The notes under the pieces: model-generated
Seen by the model: only the letters and a program-made list of their open reading frames with translations
Databases searched by the model: none
What the model was told of the DNA's origin: nothing
Assembly (NCBI GenBank): GCA_963727445.1
Contig: CAVSGI010000009.1
Location: 576,001 to 640,000 of the forward strand
DNA length: 64,000 bases
Source: an uncultured delta proteobacterium
GTDB lineage: Bacteria > Myxococcota_A > Polyangia > Polyangiales > B10-G4
Direction: 5' to 3'
In this document: positions 17,918 through 29,572 of the stretch, in pieces
Numbering within the stretch: position 1 is the stretch's first letter
How the letters are laid out: each line of letters opens with the position of its first letter
Translations under genes and position numbers: made by a program

Positions 17918-19042
17918 TCAGCCGCGAGGAAGCGGGGGGTGCGACTCGATGAAGGCAACGGCCTCGCCTGGACCGTTGACGAAGCCTACGTGCCCTGCGT
18001 AGTCCTTCCCACGGCTGAGCGCCGCGAGGAGCGATTGCACCGGCTTGTCTTCGCGCCAGTAGCGCTCGCCCAAGAAAACCATCGCGCTCACGACCTCGAA
18101 GGTGCGGTAGTGGTTCTGGGCGGCGTCCATGAACACCTCCTGGATGGTGCCGGCGCTGCCGGGCGCGAAGACCACGCCGTGGGTGGAGATCGCCAAGAGG
18201 CCATCCTCGCGCAGGCTGTTCGAGAAGTACTTGGCGACGTGGGTGGCGAAGAGGTTGGTCGGCTCGTGTCCGTAGAACCAGGTCGGGATGGCGAGGCTCT
18301 CGGCGCCTGCGCCGGGGTGCGCGTCCCGAACGGCGTAGGCGGTGTCGAAGAAGCCGTCGTCGCGGTAGGTCGGTGCGGGGGCGAGGGTGGATAGCGCCCG
18401 CTCCACCTCGGCTTCGCTCGCGCCGGCGAGCCACGCACCGAGGTTCGCCGCCTCCATCGCCCCGGGTCCGCCGCCGGTGGCGACGGAGTAGCCGGCCTCG
18501 GCGAGGCGCTTGCCGATGTGCACCACGTCGCGGAAGGCGGCGTCGGTGCGGGCGAGGGCGTGCCCGCCCATCACGCCCACCACGCGGCGCCCCTCGCCCA
18601 GGAGGTCGGCGAGGGCGTCGTCGATCGCGTGGTCGTGAAGTCGCTGGGCGAGCGCTTCGAGCACCGGGAGCTTGTCGCCGCGCTTTCGGAGCGCCTCGTA
18701 GTGGGCGTAGATCTCGGCGTCGCGAGTTTGCGAGAGAAAGCTCGCGTGATCGCCGCGGACGTAGCCTTCCATCAGCTCGTCCGGGGTGTAGAGCGCGCCG
18801 CGATACATGTCGAAGGGGAGCCCCGGGATGACAGGGAACACCAGACCGCCGTCGCGCGTCACGTGCGCGCGGGCCGCGTCGCTCAGCGTACATCCGAGGA
18901 AGACGGCTCTCTCGCACGAGGCGGAGAGCAGCACGTCTTCATACTGGGAGAGGTCGACGTCTTGAACGACGACGTTCGCGAGGTCGCCCACTTCGGCCAG
19001 ATGCGCCCGCAGGGCCTCGGCCGACTGGACCTCGTGATGCAT
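17918..19042 (-). CDS. LOG-family (Rossmann-fold nucleotide-binding) protein
   Basis: TGGGPGAMEAANLGA, PGSAGTIQE; start overlaps the upstream stop (TGATG). Confidence 0.85.
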   Translation of the reverse strand: MHHEVQSAEALRAHLAEVGDLANVVVQDVDLSQYEDVLLSASCERAVFLGCTLSDAARAHVTRDGGLVFPVIPGLPFDMYRGALYTPDELMEGYVRGDHASFLSQTRDAEIYAHYEALRKRGDKLPVLEALAQRLHDHAIDDALADLLGEGRRVVGVMGGHALARTDAAFRDVVHIGKRLAEAGYSVATGGGPGAMEAANLGAWLAGASEAEVERALSTLAPAPTYRDDGFFDTAYAVRDAHPGAGAESLAIPTWFYGHEPTNLFATHVAKYFSNSLREDGLLAISTHGVVFAPGSAGTIQEVFMDAAQNHYRTFEVVSAMVFLGERYWREDKPVQSLLAALSRGKDYAGHVGFVNGPGEAVAFIESHPPLPRG

Positions 19043-20091
19043 CAGGCGGTGGCGGCCTTCTGGAGCCGCTCTTCGGCGATCATGTCGGCGATGCGGCTGG
19101 TGGGCGCCATGGCACCCTTCGCTCGATCCGCGATCTCGTAGATCGTGTCGTAGATCTTCATGGTCTTGTCGCGCGCCTTCTGCTCGTCGTAACCCAGGAC
19201 CTCCTGGGCCACGTTCACCAGGCCGCCGGCGTTGATGGCGTAGTCCGGGGCGTAGAGGATGCCGCGCTGCATCAGGTCCTCGCCGTGGCGAGGCTCGGCG
19301 AGCTGGTTGTTCGCGGCGCCCGCCACGATCTTGCACTTGAGCTGGGGGATGGTGTCGTCGTTGAGCGCGCTCCCGAGCGCGCACGGTGAAAAGACGTCGC
19401 ACTCGACGCCATAGATGTCGTCGAGCTCGACGATCTCGGCGCCGAACTCGCGCTGGGCGCGCTCGCTCTTGAGCGGATCGACGTCGGCGACGGTGAGCTT
19501 CGCGCCCATCGAGTGGAGCTCTTTGCAGAGGTGATAGCCGACGTGCCCGACGCCCTGCACGGCGACCGCGAGGTTGTCCATGTCGTCGCGGCCGAGCACG
19601 AACTTCACGCAGGCCTCGATGCCGCGGCGCACGCCGAGGGCGGTGAAGGGGCTGGGGTCGCCCGAGCCGCCGCGCTCCGGCTTCACGCCGGTCACGTGCT
19701 TGGTGACGCTTCGGATGATCTCCATGTCCTCGAGGCCGGTGCCGCTGTCCTCGGCCGTGATGTAGATGCCGCCGAGGTCGTCGATGAAGCTGCCGAAGGC
19801 ACGGAAGAGCGCCGCGCGATCGAACTCCTTCTGCGGCTTGATCAGAACCGATTTGCCGCCGCCGTGGGCGATGCCGGTGATGGCCGCCTTGTAGGTCATG
19901 CCGCGCGCGAGACGCAGGGCGTCGACGAGCGCTTCCTGCTCGGTGTCGTAATGGATGAAGCGACATCCACCGAGGGCCGGGCCCAGACGCGAGTCGTGAA
20001 TGGCGACGATGGCCTGAAGTCCCGTCGCCGCATCGCGCTTGAGGTGCACCTGACCGTAGTCGTAGTGCGCCATGTGATCGAACACGCCCAC
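19042..20091 (-). CDS. Leu/Val/Phe dehydrogenase (Glu/Leu/Phe/Val dehydrogenase family)
   Basis: GPALGGCR, LARGMTYK, GGGK, TAEDSG, QGVGHVG, GAANNQL, APDYAINAGG. Confidence 0.95.
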   Translation of the reverse strand: MGVFDHMAHYDYGQVHLKRDAATGLQAIVAIHDSRLGPALGGCRFIHYDTEQEALVDALRLARGMTYKAAITGIAHGGGKSVLIKPQKEFDRAALFRAFGSFIDDLGGIYITAEDSGTGLEDMEIIRSVTKHVTGVKPERGGSGDPSPFTALGVRRGIEACVKFVLGRDDMDNLAVAVQGVGHVGYHLCKELHSMGAKLTVADVDPLKSERAQREFGAEIVELDDIYGVECDVFSPCALGSALNDDTIPQLKCKIVAGAANNQLAEPRHGEDLMQRGILYAPDYAINAGGLVNVAQEVLGYDEQKARDKTMKIYDTIYEIADRAKGAMAPTSRIADMIAEERLQKAATA

Positions 20092-20203
20092 CGCGAGCTC
20101 CTTTCAGCTCCCCGTCTTGGGAGGGGCCGAACATTACGGGGCGCCCCGCGTCTGAATCAACCCGAAGCCGTGCGAGGGCTCAACTGATAAGCTGAGCGCC
20201 CGA

Positions 20204-20821
20204 ATGCTGCACCGCGCCATCCCCTTCGTGCTCGTGCTCTCGATGTCCGGCGTGGCGCTCGCCCAGGACGGCGACGGCGCCTACGGGCGCCTCGACCACG
20301 ACATGATGTTCTCGATCGGCCTCGGCGGCGGGGCGGTGGTCGACGGCCCCAGCGACGCCGTGCTCCTGGCGGAGCTCAGGGCGCGGTACCTCGACATGGT
20401 CGGCTTGCTGGTGGCACCGGAGTGGCAGGTCGACGCGATCGGGCGGCTCATCGTGGCGACCGAGATCCGCCCGCTCTGGCCGGTGCGCTTCCTCCTGAAC
20501 GGCTTCTCCGGCAACGAGTGGCTCGACCTCTTGCTCGAGTCCGTGAGCGTCGAGGTGGGCGCCGCGATCCTGCCCCTCACGGACCAGGTCGGCGTGGGGC
20601 TCGCCATCGGCCTCGGCCTCGACGTGCCGATCCTCGTCCCCTCGATCTTCGCCGAAGGCTTGATGCTGCACCTGGGCGCGCGCCACGTCCGGGCGGGCCC
20701 CTCGGACCAGGCGGGGCCTTCGGGGGGCGTCTCCGATTGGACCTTCGCGGCGAGCCTTGTCGTGAAATTCGGGGCCGATCTGGGCATCGCCTCGAGCGAG
20801 CCCCGCCGCTACCGGTACTGA
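20204..20821 (+). CDS. Hypothetical secreted, beta-barrel-like protein
   Basis: Signal peptide ALA-Q; DGAYGRLD N-terminus; amphipathic strands. Confidence 0.7.
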   Translation: MLHRAIPFVLVLSMSGVALAQDGDGAYGRLDHDMMFSIGLGGGAVVDGPSDAVLLAELRARYLDMVGLLVAPEWQVDAIGRLIVATEIRPLWPVRFLLNGFSGNEWLDLLLESVSVEVGAAILPLTDQVGVGLAIGLGLDVPILVPSIFAEGLMLHLGARHVRAGPSDQAGPSGGVSDWTFAASLVVKFGADLGIASSEPRRYRY

Positions 20822-20857
20822 TTAGCCGATCGGCGCCGAGCCAGATATCCTCCCGCC

Positions 20858-22090
<1,233 letters not shown>

Positions 22091-22171
22091 CGCCGCGCCG
22101 ACCGCGCGCCTTCGTCGAAAACTGGACCCTCTCGATCGCCCCCGGCACAAACGAGGGAGAGGGGAGGTCCC

Positions 22172-22588
22172 ATGGGCTCGTTCGTGAAAAAGGCCGACGA
22201 TCGGAAGCAGGCGCGCCGCGCAGTGAAGGCGGAGGTGCAGGTGGTCGAGGAGCAGGAGTTCGTCCTCCTCGCCGATCAGGTCGTCGATCTATCCGTCGAT
22301 GGGATGCTGGTGAAGAGCGATGCGCTGCCCGCCATCGGGACGCCGGTCTTCGTGTCCTTCAAGGCGCCGGGCACCGACGTGTGGATCGATACCGAGGCTA
22401 CCGTCGCGCGCCTGAGCCGCGGCCGTCGGGGACGCGGTGACGTCGCTGGGCTCGGCCTGCGCTTCGGCGCGATGACCCCGGAAAACAGGGCCATCCTCGC
22501 GCGCTCCCTCATCGGCCGGCCGCCGCCCGTCCCCGGCCGGCACTTGCGTCGCGACTACGCGGCCACGATCCGAGTCCTCGGATCCTAG
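22172..22588 (+). CDS. PilZ-domain protein
   Basis: RKQARR (RxxxR) and DLSVDG (DxSxxG). Confidence 0.85.
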   Translation: MGSFVKKADDRKQARRAVKAEVQVVEEQEFVLLADQVVDLSVDGMLVKSDALPAIGTPVFVSFKAPGTDVWIDTEATVARLSRGRRGRGDVAGLGLRFGAMTPENRAILARSLIGRPPPVPGRHLRRDYAATIRVLGS

Positions 22589-22638
22589 ACCAAAGTTTTC
22601 TTAGACCCTCGCCCGAGTCCGGCACTACAGTGCCCTCC

Positions 22639-23187
22639 ATGGACGAGTCCCGGAGGGCCATGGCGACCTGGGTCGGCACCCTCGCCCGCGGAGGCGTGAT
22701 CCGAGAGGAACGCGAGGAGGCGGGCGTCGCGGTGGCGGCATTCGTGGTCGGCGAAGATCGGCTCGGCGAGCTCCGCGCCTGGTTCAGCGAGCAGAGCCCG
22801 GAGGTGCGCACCCGCGAACAGCGCGCCGCGGTCGAGGTCTGCATCTGGATGGCCCACGCCGATCGCGAGGTGGTGCACGAAGAGGCCGATCTCTTGCGCG
22901 CGATCGTCATGAGCTGCGAGGTGGACGAGGAGGAGAAGAAGGCGCTCCTCGCGTCGGTCGCAGAGCCGCCGGCGCTCTCGGACATCGCCGAGCGTTTGAC
23001 CCACCCGGCCTTGCGGGAGCTCATGCTCGCGCTCAGCTGGGAGCTCGCCTGTGCTGACGGGCGCATCGACCCCATGGAAGCGGAGCTGCACGCAGGCTTG
23101 TCCAAGCGCCTCGGCGTGGACGTCGAGCGCGCCGCGGAGCTGCGCGCGTCGGTCGAGGAACAGGTCCTTCCCGCCGGACCCGCATGA
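22639..23187 (+). CDS. TerB-like (tellurite resistance family) protein
   Basis: Two MAHAD/LACADG..E motifs; all-helical. Confidence 0.7.
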   Translation: MDESRRAMATWVGTLARGGVIREEREEAGVAVAAFVVGEDRLGELRAWFSEQSPEVRTREQRAAVEVCIWMAHADREVVHEEADLLRAIVMSCEVDEEEKKALLASVAEPPALSDIAERLTHPALRELMLALSWELACADGRIDPMEAELHAGLSKRLGVDVERAAELRASVEEQVLPAGPA

Positions 23188-24677
23188 TCGAGGGTGCCGG
23201 AGGGGGAACGGCGGCGCCCGATGCGCGCGAGCCCCAAAAGAGCGACAGGCCAACCATCTCTGCGCGCGAGAGCGGCGCGCCCTGGGATGCGCCACGCTCA
23301 CCACGCTTCGGACTCGGTCTGCGCGCGCAGATCATCCTCGCGCTGAGCTTCGCCTTCGTCGCCAGCTTCACGCTCCTCGGCGTGGCCACCGTACAGATCA
23401 CTTACCGCGACGCGCAGATGACGCGTCAGAGTGCCGCGGAGACGACCGCCCGCGCGGTGGCCGCGTCGCTCGATGCGCTCGGAGAGGAGCGGATCGCGCG
23501 CGCGCCGGAGCTCGCGCGCGACGTCCTTTCCGATCCGGTGATCGCCGGCGTCGAGGTCGCATGGCCGGGGATCGAGGCGCAGGCGTGGGGGGTCATCGCC
23601 AGCGAGCCGGCGGGACGCGCCCCCATGGCGCGCGGCGGCGAGGTGCGTGTCTTCCTTCGTCCGGGGGGCGGCGGCGGCGGGAGCGATCTGCTCCTCTTCT
23701 ACTTCGCCTTCACGGGTGGCGCGATCCTGCTCCTCACCTACGTCGCGCTCACCTATCTGATCGTGAGGCCGCTCTCCAAGCTCACCGCGGCCTCCGAACG
23801 CCTCGCCTCGGGTGGACGTCACGTCGACGTACCCGTGGGAGGCGCGGGGGAGGTGGCGCGCCTCGCGGTGAGCTTCAACCGCATGGCGGCGGAGCTGCGC
23901 AGCGAGCGCCAGGCGCTCGAGGACCGCCTCGCCGAGCTCGAGCAAACCACCGCCGACCTCGAGACCGCGCAGGATCAGGTGGTCCGAGGCGAGCGTCTGG
24001 CTTCCGTCGGCCGGCTCTCCGCCGGGGTCGCCCACGAGATCGGCAATCCGCTCTCGGCGATCCTCGGCATGGTCGAGCTGGCGCGCGATCCCGACGTCGA
24101 GGAGGGCGATCGCGCGGAGTTCCTCGCGCGGATCCAGCACGAGACGGAGCGCATCAATCGCATCATTCGCGACCTCCTCGACTTCTCGCGGCGCGGGAGC
24201 GACGACGCGATGATGGGACAGAGCGCGAGCCTCGCGGACGTCGTCGCGGACGCCGCGAGCCTGGTCGCCCCTCAAAAAGACCTCCGGCAGATCACCATCG
24301 AGCGGCGTGTGGCCGAGGCGCTCCCGCGGGTCGCGGGCCCGGCGGACCACCTCACACAGATCGTGCTCAATCTGCTCCTGAACGCCGCCGACGCCATCGA
24401 CGGAGAGGGGTCGATCCTCATCGAAGTGGCGGCGCACCCCGACGCCGAGGATCGCGTGCGGTTGAGCGTCACGGATACGGGCACGGGCATCGATCCCGTG
24501 CTCTTGCCGAACATCTTCGAGCCCTTCGTCACCAGCAAGAAGTCCGGCGAGGGCACTGGCCTCGGGCTGGCGGTGACCCACGCATTGGTGGAGCGCATCG
24601 GCGGCACCATCCTCGCCGAAAACGACACGCGCGGCGGGGCGCGCTTCGTGATCGACCTGCCCATCGCGCCGGAGTGA
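23184..24677 (+). CDS. HAMP-domain sensor histidine kinase
   Basis: Two TMs, HAMP (RPLSKL..EVARLAVSFNRM), AHEIGNPL, NAADA, DTGTG, GTGLGL. Confidence 0.92.
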   Translation: MIEGAGGGTAAPDAREPQKSDRPTISARESGAPWDAPRSPRFGLGLRAQIILALSFAFVASFTLLGVATVQITYRDAQMTRQSAAETTARAVAASLDALGEERIARAPELARDVLSDPVIAGVEVAWPGIEAQAWGVIASEPAGRAPMARGGEVRVFLRPGGGGGGSDLLLFYFAFTGGAILLLTYVALTYLIVRPLSKLTAASERLASGGRHVDVPVGGAGEVARLAVSFNRMAAELRSERQALEDRLAELEQTTADLETAQDQVVRGERLASVGRLSAGVAHEIGNPLSAILGMVELARDPDVEEGDRAEFLARIQHETERINRIIRDLLDFSRRGSDDAMMGQSASLADVVADAASLVAPQKDLRQITIERRVAEALPRVAGPADHLTQIVLNLLLNAADAIDGEGSILIEVAAHPDAEDRVRLSVTDTGTGIDPVLLPNIFEPFVTSKKSGEGTGLGLAVTHALVERIGGTILAENDTRGGARFVIDLPIAPE

Positions 24678-24680
24678 CGC

Positions 24681-25865
24681 TTGCGCCGCGCGAGCACCAT
24701 CATCGCCTTCGCCGTCCTTCTCTCGCTGGCGCCCACCATCGCTCGGGCGCAGCCTCGGATCCGGCTCTACACCTTCGGTCCTGGTGACTCGGTCCCGGAG
24801 CGCTTCGGCCATAGCGCGCTGCGCGTCACCGACGGAGACGAGGACATCCTCTACAACCTCGGCCATCCCCAACAGGACCCTGGCGGGGTCGGCTTCTACG
24901 TCGCGCTCGCGCAGGGGCGCACCCCCTTCGTCGGGACCGCGCGAGAGGCCGAAGCCGCCATCGCCCGATACCGTGACGTCGATCGCACGATTCGCTACCA
25001 GACCCTCGTGCTCTCACCGGAGCGCGCGCGCTGGCTCGCGGGTTGGCTTCGCCACGAGGTCGGCGGCGGTCTCTTCCACTACGACTACGACTACCTTCGC
25101 GACAACTGCACCACCGAGATCCGCGATCTCCTCGACGAGGCGACCGACGGCGCACTCCGGCGCACGGCGGAGCGCGCGCCACCGGGGCCGACCTATCGCC
25201 AGCTGACCTCCGACGGGTTCCGCGGAGACTTCCCCACGCTCCTCGGAAGCGATCTCCTCACCGGCCCGGCCAACGACGTCCCCATCACGCGCTGGCAGGA
25301 GCTCTTTCTGCCGGCGCCGCTCCACGACACGGTCGCCGACGTTCCCGACTTCGTCTCGGCTTCGGAGGTGGTCTACGCGCGCCGCGGTCCGCCGGTGCAT
25401 CGCGGCAGCCCGTACGTCGCGCGCATCGCGATCTTCGTTCTCTCACTGAGCCTCTTCCTGCTCCTGGTGGGGGCGCGGCGTTATCCGCGACTCACCCGCG
25501 GCGCCGGCGTCGTGCTCTTTCACGTCGCACCGATGATCGCCATGACCGGGCTCGGCGTCTGGTTCTTGATGGCCACTTCGACCCTCGTCGACCTGACCTG
25601 GAACGAAAACGCGATCGTGATGTGGCCGACGGACCTGTTGCTCCTCGTCCCTGCCGTCTCTTGGATCCGAAAGCGCGAGCCCCCTCGGCGCTTCTTCCGA
25701 GCGTATCTCTCGCTGCGCCTCTTCGGCATCGCGTGCCTGATCGGGGCGAAGCTCGCGGGCCTTGCGATTCAGGACAACGCGAGCTTCATCGCGTCGACGG
25801 TCCTCGTCCTCACCGGCGTGCTCGTGCGCCTGTCGCCAATGCTTCAGAAGCGCGTAGCGACGTAG
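24681..25865 (+). CDS. DUF4105/Lnb-like protein with C-terminal TM helices
   Basis: FGHSALRV and YDYDYLRDNCTT motifs; several C-terminal TM segments. Confidence 0.75.
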   Translation: MRRASTIIAFAVLLSLAPTIARAQPRIRLYTFGPGDSVPERFGHSALRVTDGDEDILYNLGHPQQDPGGVGFYVALAQGRTPFVGTAREAEAAIARYRDVDRTIRYQTLVLSPERARWLAGWLRHEVGGGLFHYDYDYLRDNCTTEIRDLLDEATDGALRRTAERAPPGPTYRQLTSDGFRGDFPTLLGSDLLTGPANDVPITRWQELFLPAPLHDTVADVPDFVSASEVVYARRGPPVHRGSPYVARIAIFVLSLSLFLLLVGARRYPRLTRGAGVVLFHVAPMIAMTGLGVWFLMATSTLVDLTWNENAIVMWPTDLLLLVPAVSWIRKREPPRRFFRAYLSLRLFGIACLIGAKLAGLAIQDNASFIASTVLVLTGVLVRLSPMLQKRVAT

Positions 25866-26731
25866 AGATCGATCACCGGGCCGCCGGATTGGCGACGCAC
25901 CAGGAAGAACGCCCCCTCGAAGGCGAGGCCCACGTACCAGTGTGGGACCACCTGCCAGTCGGTCTCGACGGCGAAGCCCACGTAGGTGGTGCCGTTGCCC
26001 TGACCGCTGGGGCTGAGCGCACGGGGCGCGCTGCCGTTGCCGATGGAGTGAAAGCCGGTGAGACGCCCGCGAATGCCGAAGCCCGAGGCGGTAGTCACGC
26101 CGCCCTCGGCCGTCCAGAGCAGGACGTGGTCGTAGCTCTCGCTGCGGATCATGTATCCGCCGCTCCCCGCCAGATAGAAGCCGGAGTCGAAGCCGTAGCC
26201 GATCGAGAGCTCGAGGGGAAAGTCCCACGAGCCGGTGCCTACCCGGAGCCGGCCGATCTCCGCGTGCGGCGGCTCGGTGCTGTAGACCGGCTGCACTTCG
26301 GCGCCACTCGCCAGAGGCGCGCGCACCATGGCTTGAAACGCCATACGGAAGCGATCGATCTTCAGAAAGCGCAGGCGAAGACCCGCGGCCGGATCGCCCG
26401 GCGCCACGTGGGCGTGGAGCTGATCCGCGCGTTGATCGCGCAGGTAGAAGGTGCGCATCAGATCGGTCTGCCACACCACGGCGAGCCCGATCTCGTCTTC
26501 CTGGATCAGGCCGACCTCGCCGTAGGTGGCGAGGAAGAGCTCGTTGTAGCCGCCGAAGTCGAAGCGGAAGCCGTCGCCGTCCGCGAAGCCGAAGCCGTAG
26601 AGCCACTTGAGCCAGAGCTTGGCGTAGCCCTCGCCGGGCGCGGGGACCCAGGGGCCCGCGGCAGCCGAGTCCGGCGTCAGCAGAAGCGTGGCGGCGATCA
26701 CGGCGATCGCGAGGGTGGAACGCTTCGGCAC
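25844..26731 (-). CDS. Hypothetical outer-membrane beta-barrel protein
   Basis: Signal peptide AAA-G; aromatic amphipathic strands; terminal Phe. Confidence 0.7.
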   Translation of the reverse strand: MPKRSTLAIAVIAATLLLTPDSAAAGPWVPAPGEGYAKLWLKWLYGFGFADGDGFRFDFGGYNELFLATYGEVGLIQEDEIGLAVVWQTDLMRTFYLRDQRADQLHAHVAPGDPAAGLRLRFLKIDRFRMAFQAMVRAPLASGAEVQPVYSTEPPHAEIGRLRVGTGSWDFPLELSIGYGFDSGFYLAGSGGYMIRSESYDHVLLWTAEGGVTTASGFGIRGRLTGFHSIGNGSAPRALSPSGQGNGTTYVGFAVETDWQVVPHWYVGLAFEGAFFLVRRQSGGPVIDLYVATRF

Positions 26732-26820
26732 CGGCGGAGGCTACGATGGACGGGCGCTTCTGTGGGCAGCGAGTGCGGGCGCGCCGGGAACCTGGGCGAC
26801 GCATGGGTGTCGGACAGGGG

Positions 26821-28104
26821 ATGGCGAAGCACGGCGTCGAGGTGATCCTTCGCTGGGAGGGCGAAATCCTGGTTTGGGAGCACACGGTCACTCCTGGGTC
26901 GCCTCTCGCAGGGGCAGTGGCCCTGCCGGAGCTTCCCGAGGACGGATCGTGGGTGTTGCGCAAGGAAGGCGCGCTGCTCCTCCGCGCCCGGCGCGCGCCA
27001 CTCCCCCGATATCGGGACCCGGGCGGGAAGCTCGACCGCGGTCTCGCCTGGTCGATGACCGCCGCGATGACCCTCGGGATCGCATTTCTCCTCCTGGTCG
27101 GCTTCGCCCCGCCGGCGGGGGCGACGATCGCGCTCGGGCCCCTCACCCAGAGCTCCCGACTCCTCGCGTACGTGCGGGCCCCGAGGGCGGAGCGCGTGGT
27201 TCTCCGCGACCCGCTCGACAGGTGGGGAAGTGGACCCATCACCGACGACCAGGGACGCCCCATGGAAGAGGAAGCAGGGGTCTCGGGCGCCACCGACGGC
27301 CCGCAATCGCGACGCGGACGGATCCGATTTCGCGGTGACGACGAGGTCGTTCGACGCATTCCGAGAGAGGTGCCCAATCCGCGCCAGGTGGGGATCCTCG
27401 GTGTGCTCGCCTCTTTCGATGCGGAGCGTCGCGCGGGAGCCCTCGCTGGTGAGGTCGACGCGACGGGATGGACGCGCGACGAAGCCTTCGGCCGTCCGCT
27501 GGCCCAGCTCGTCGGGCTCGGCCATGGCGCCGACGGCTTCGACATGGTGGGCACGGGTCGCGGTGGATGCTGGCCGGGCGAAGAGGGGTGCGGCGAAGGA
27601 ACCGTGGGCCTCGGTCGTGGGCTGGGCTTCGGGGGCATCGGTCGCGGAACGACCTGCAACGAAGTCGATTGTGTGGTGGGTACTTTTGGCAGTGGCGTGG
27701 CGGGCGGTTTCATCCCCTTGGGTGGTCGCGCGGAAGGGACGCGCCGCCATCGCACACGGGGGTCCCGCGTGCCCGACGCGATGCGGCGCCTCACCGTCGC
27801 GCACGACGAAGGCCTCTCACGCGAGCAGGTGCGCCGCGCGCTCGCGGGTCACCGCGACGCCATCCGTCATTGCTACGCACGCGCCGAGGCGGCAGCGGGC
27901 GGGGAGACGGGCGCGGTGGAGATCGGCCTCGCGATCGCGCCCGATGGCCACGTGCTCTCGAGCGGTGTGGTCACGGATACTCTGGCCGACGACGCAGTCG
28001 CGTCGTGCATCGCCTCCGTGCTGTCACGCGCGCGTTTCCCCCAGGCCCCGGCCTCCACCGTCGCGAGCGTTCCCTTCGGGCTGGGCGTCTTCGGCGGCAG
28101 CTGA
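26821..28104 (+). CDS. GltG-like protein with AgmX/PglI C-terminal domain (divergent)
   Basis: TM, Gly-rich linker, GLSREQVRR..IRHCY..CIA..RFP..VPF. Start inferred; a GGAACC-N16-GTC ECF-like motif lies just upstream. Confidence 0.7.
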   Translation: MAKHGVEVILRWEGEILVWEHTVTPGSPLAGAVALPELPEDGSWVLRKEGALLLRARRAPLPRYRDPGGKLDRGLAWSMTAAMTLGIAFLLLVGFAPPAGATIALGPLTQSSRLLAYVRAPRAERVVLRDPLDRWGSGPITDDQGRPMEEEAGVSGATDGPQSRRGRIRFRGDDEVVRRIPREVPNPRQVGILGVLASFDAERRAGALAGEVDATGWTRDEAFGRPLAQLVGLGHGADGFDMVGTGRGGCWPGEEGCGEGTVGLGRGLGFGGIGRGTTCNEVDCVVGTFGSGVAGGFIPLGGRAEGTRRHRTRGSRVPDAMRRLTVAHDEGLSREQVRRALAGHRDAIRHCYARAEAAAGGETGAVEIGLAIAPDGHVLSSGVVTDTLADDAVASCIASVLSRARFPQAPASTVASVPFGLGVFGGS

Positions 28105-28213
28105 TCCACCCGCGCCGGGGAGTGGCCGCTCCATCGGCCGCCAGTGACCAGAGATCCACTCGCTCCTGGCGGGCTCGCATTCACAATCGACTGTGATCTC
28201 CACGCGGGGGTCG

Positions 28214-28229
28214 CGGCATGAAAAGTGCT
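28214..28229 (+). promoter_or_regulatory. Putative sigma54 promoter
   Basis: CGGCATGAAAAGTGCT (GG-N10-GC); 15 nt between the -12 C and ATG 28244. Confidence 0.5.
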
Positions 28230-28243
28230 CGACGCGCCAGCTC

Positions 28244-29512
28244 ATGAAGACCACCCGCTTGCTCATCGCCTTGACCCTTCTCGTACCTGCGCTCGGCGCC
28301 TGCGCGGCCATGGACCCCGATGGGGCCGATGCCCGCGATGCCTGTGCGCTATGCGATGGCGGCAAAGCCGATGACCTGACGGAAGGCTCGTGCGACGCCC
28401 AGGCCGTCTTGGCGCTCGCCAACACGGCGACCGAGCAGGTTCTCGATGAGGACGTGGGCCTCGATTCGCGGGCCGCAGAGGGGATCGTGAGCGCGCGCCA
28501 AACGGGCGACCTCACCTTGCAGACGCTGGACGCCGTTCCCTACGTCGGCCCTCAGGCCTTCGACCGCATGCGACAGTACGCGACGGGGCACGACTTCGTG
28601 CCCGCCTCATGCGGCGAGACGGTGACGACGCATCTCCAGGTGCCGCTCGTCAGTGAAGACGACGAGGTGACGCCCCTGTCGACCTACAACGATCAGATCG
28701 TGGCGGCGGGCTTCGAGCCGCTCCCCGACGTCGTGAAGGTCAGCGACTATCACGATTGGGCCGACCTCATGGACCGCATCGATACGATCGCGGCGACCGT
28801 CGACATGCCCCTCGCCAAGAGCTATGCGCAGTCGCCCGACGACATCGCCGACCTCTGCTATCGCGGCGACGCCAACGAGATCGCGGACCTCGCGGCGAAC
28901 CTCTCGGATTCGGTCTTCGGCGACATGTTCCTGGTGCTCGGCTACCGCTACAAGGACACCACCGAGTTCTTCATCGACGACTACGAGCTCGACGGAACCG
29001 AGCGTCCCGCGGAGTGGAACGACTTCGATGGGTCCGGCGAGAACGTGATGATCCTCCACACCATCGGTGACGAAGGCTACGAGGCCACCGCCGAGGTTCC
29101 GCGCTGCGCCGGCGACACCCAGCCGCCGCCGCCGGTTCTGCAGGGCATCACCGACATCACCTGTCAGACGACCACTGCCGAACACGACGGTACGGCCACC
29201 ATCAAATTCAGCGTGACCCACCTCGGAGAGGACAGCATGGACTACGTGTGGCCGGAGGGAGACGACGCGTCGCCCTTCACCGTGACGCCCGAGTCCTCCA
29301 AGGCCTTCACCCTGGTGGGGGGCGTTGCGGACGGGTACGTGCAGAACGCGCCGGACCGGCTCCGCGTCTGGGCCGACCAGGACGGCTTCGAGTTCGGCAC
29401 CCTCGCGCTCTACAAGGACAGCGAGTACACCCGCGGCTACTTCCTCTTCGAGGACGGCCAGAGCGACTACGAGTTCTACACGACCGTCTTCTGCGAGCTC
29501 ACCGAGCGCTGA
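28244..29512 (+). CDS. Acidic lipoprotein with GKAD motif and helix-hairpin-helix-like segment
   Basis: Lipobox LGAC; DGGKADD; LANTAT..LD..GL..RAAEGIV..LDAVPYVGP. Confidence 0.75.
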   Translation: MKTTRLLIALTLLVPALGACAAMDPDGADARDACALCDGGKADDLTEGSCDAQAVLALANTATEQVLDEDVGLDSRAAEGIVSARQTGDLTLQTLDAVPYVGPQAFDRMRQYATGHDFVPASCGETVTTHLQVPLVSEDDEVTPLSTYNDQIVAAGFEPLPDVVKVSDYHDWADLMDRIDTIAATVDMPLAKSYAQSPDDIADLCYRGDANEIADLAANLSDSVFGDMFLVLGYRYKDTTEFFIDDYELDGTERPAEWNDFDGSGENVMILHTIGDEGYEATAEVPRCAGDTQPPPPVLQGITDITCQTTTAEHDGTATIKFSVTHLGEDSMDYVWPEGDDASPFTVTPESSKAFTLVGGVADGYVQNAPDRLRVWADQDGFEFGTLALYKDSEYTRGYFLFEDGQSDYEFYTTVFCELTER

Positions 29513-29538
29513 GTAGAAAAACGGGGGCGATTCGGCGG

Positions 29539-29572
29539 CCTGACGCATCCGCGTCGGCCGCCGTTTTCGTTT
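29539..29572. terminator. Hairpin with T tail between convergent genes
   Basis: CGGCGGCCTGACGC-ATCC-GCGTCGGCCGCCG followed by TTTTCGTTT. Confidence 0.6.

Noticed and set aside
22639..23187. TerB-like gene as part of a defence or tellurite-resistance island
   Set aside because: Solitary gene with no other ter or defence genes nearby and no compositional anomaly.
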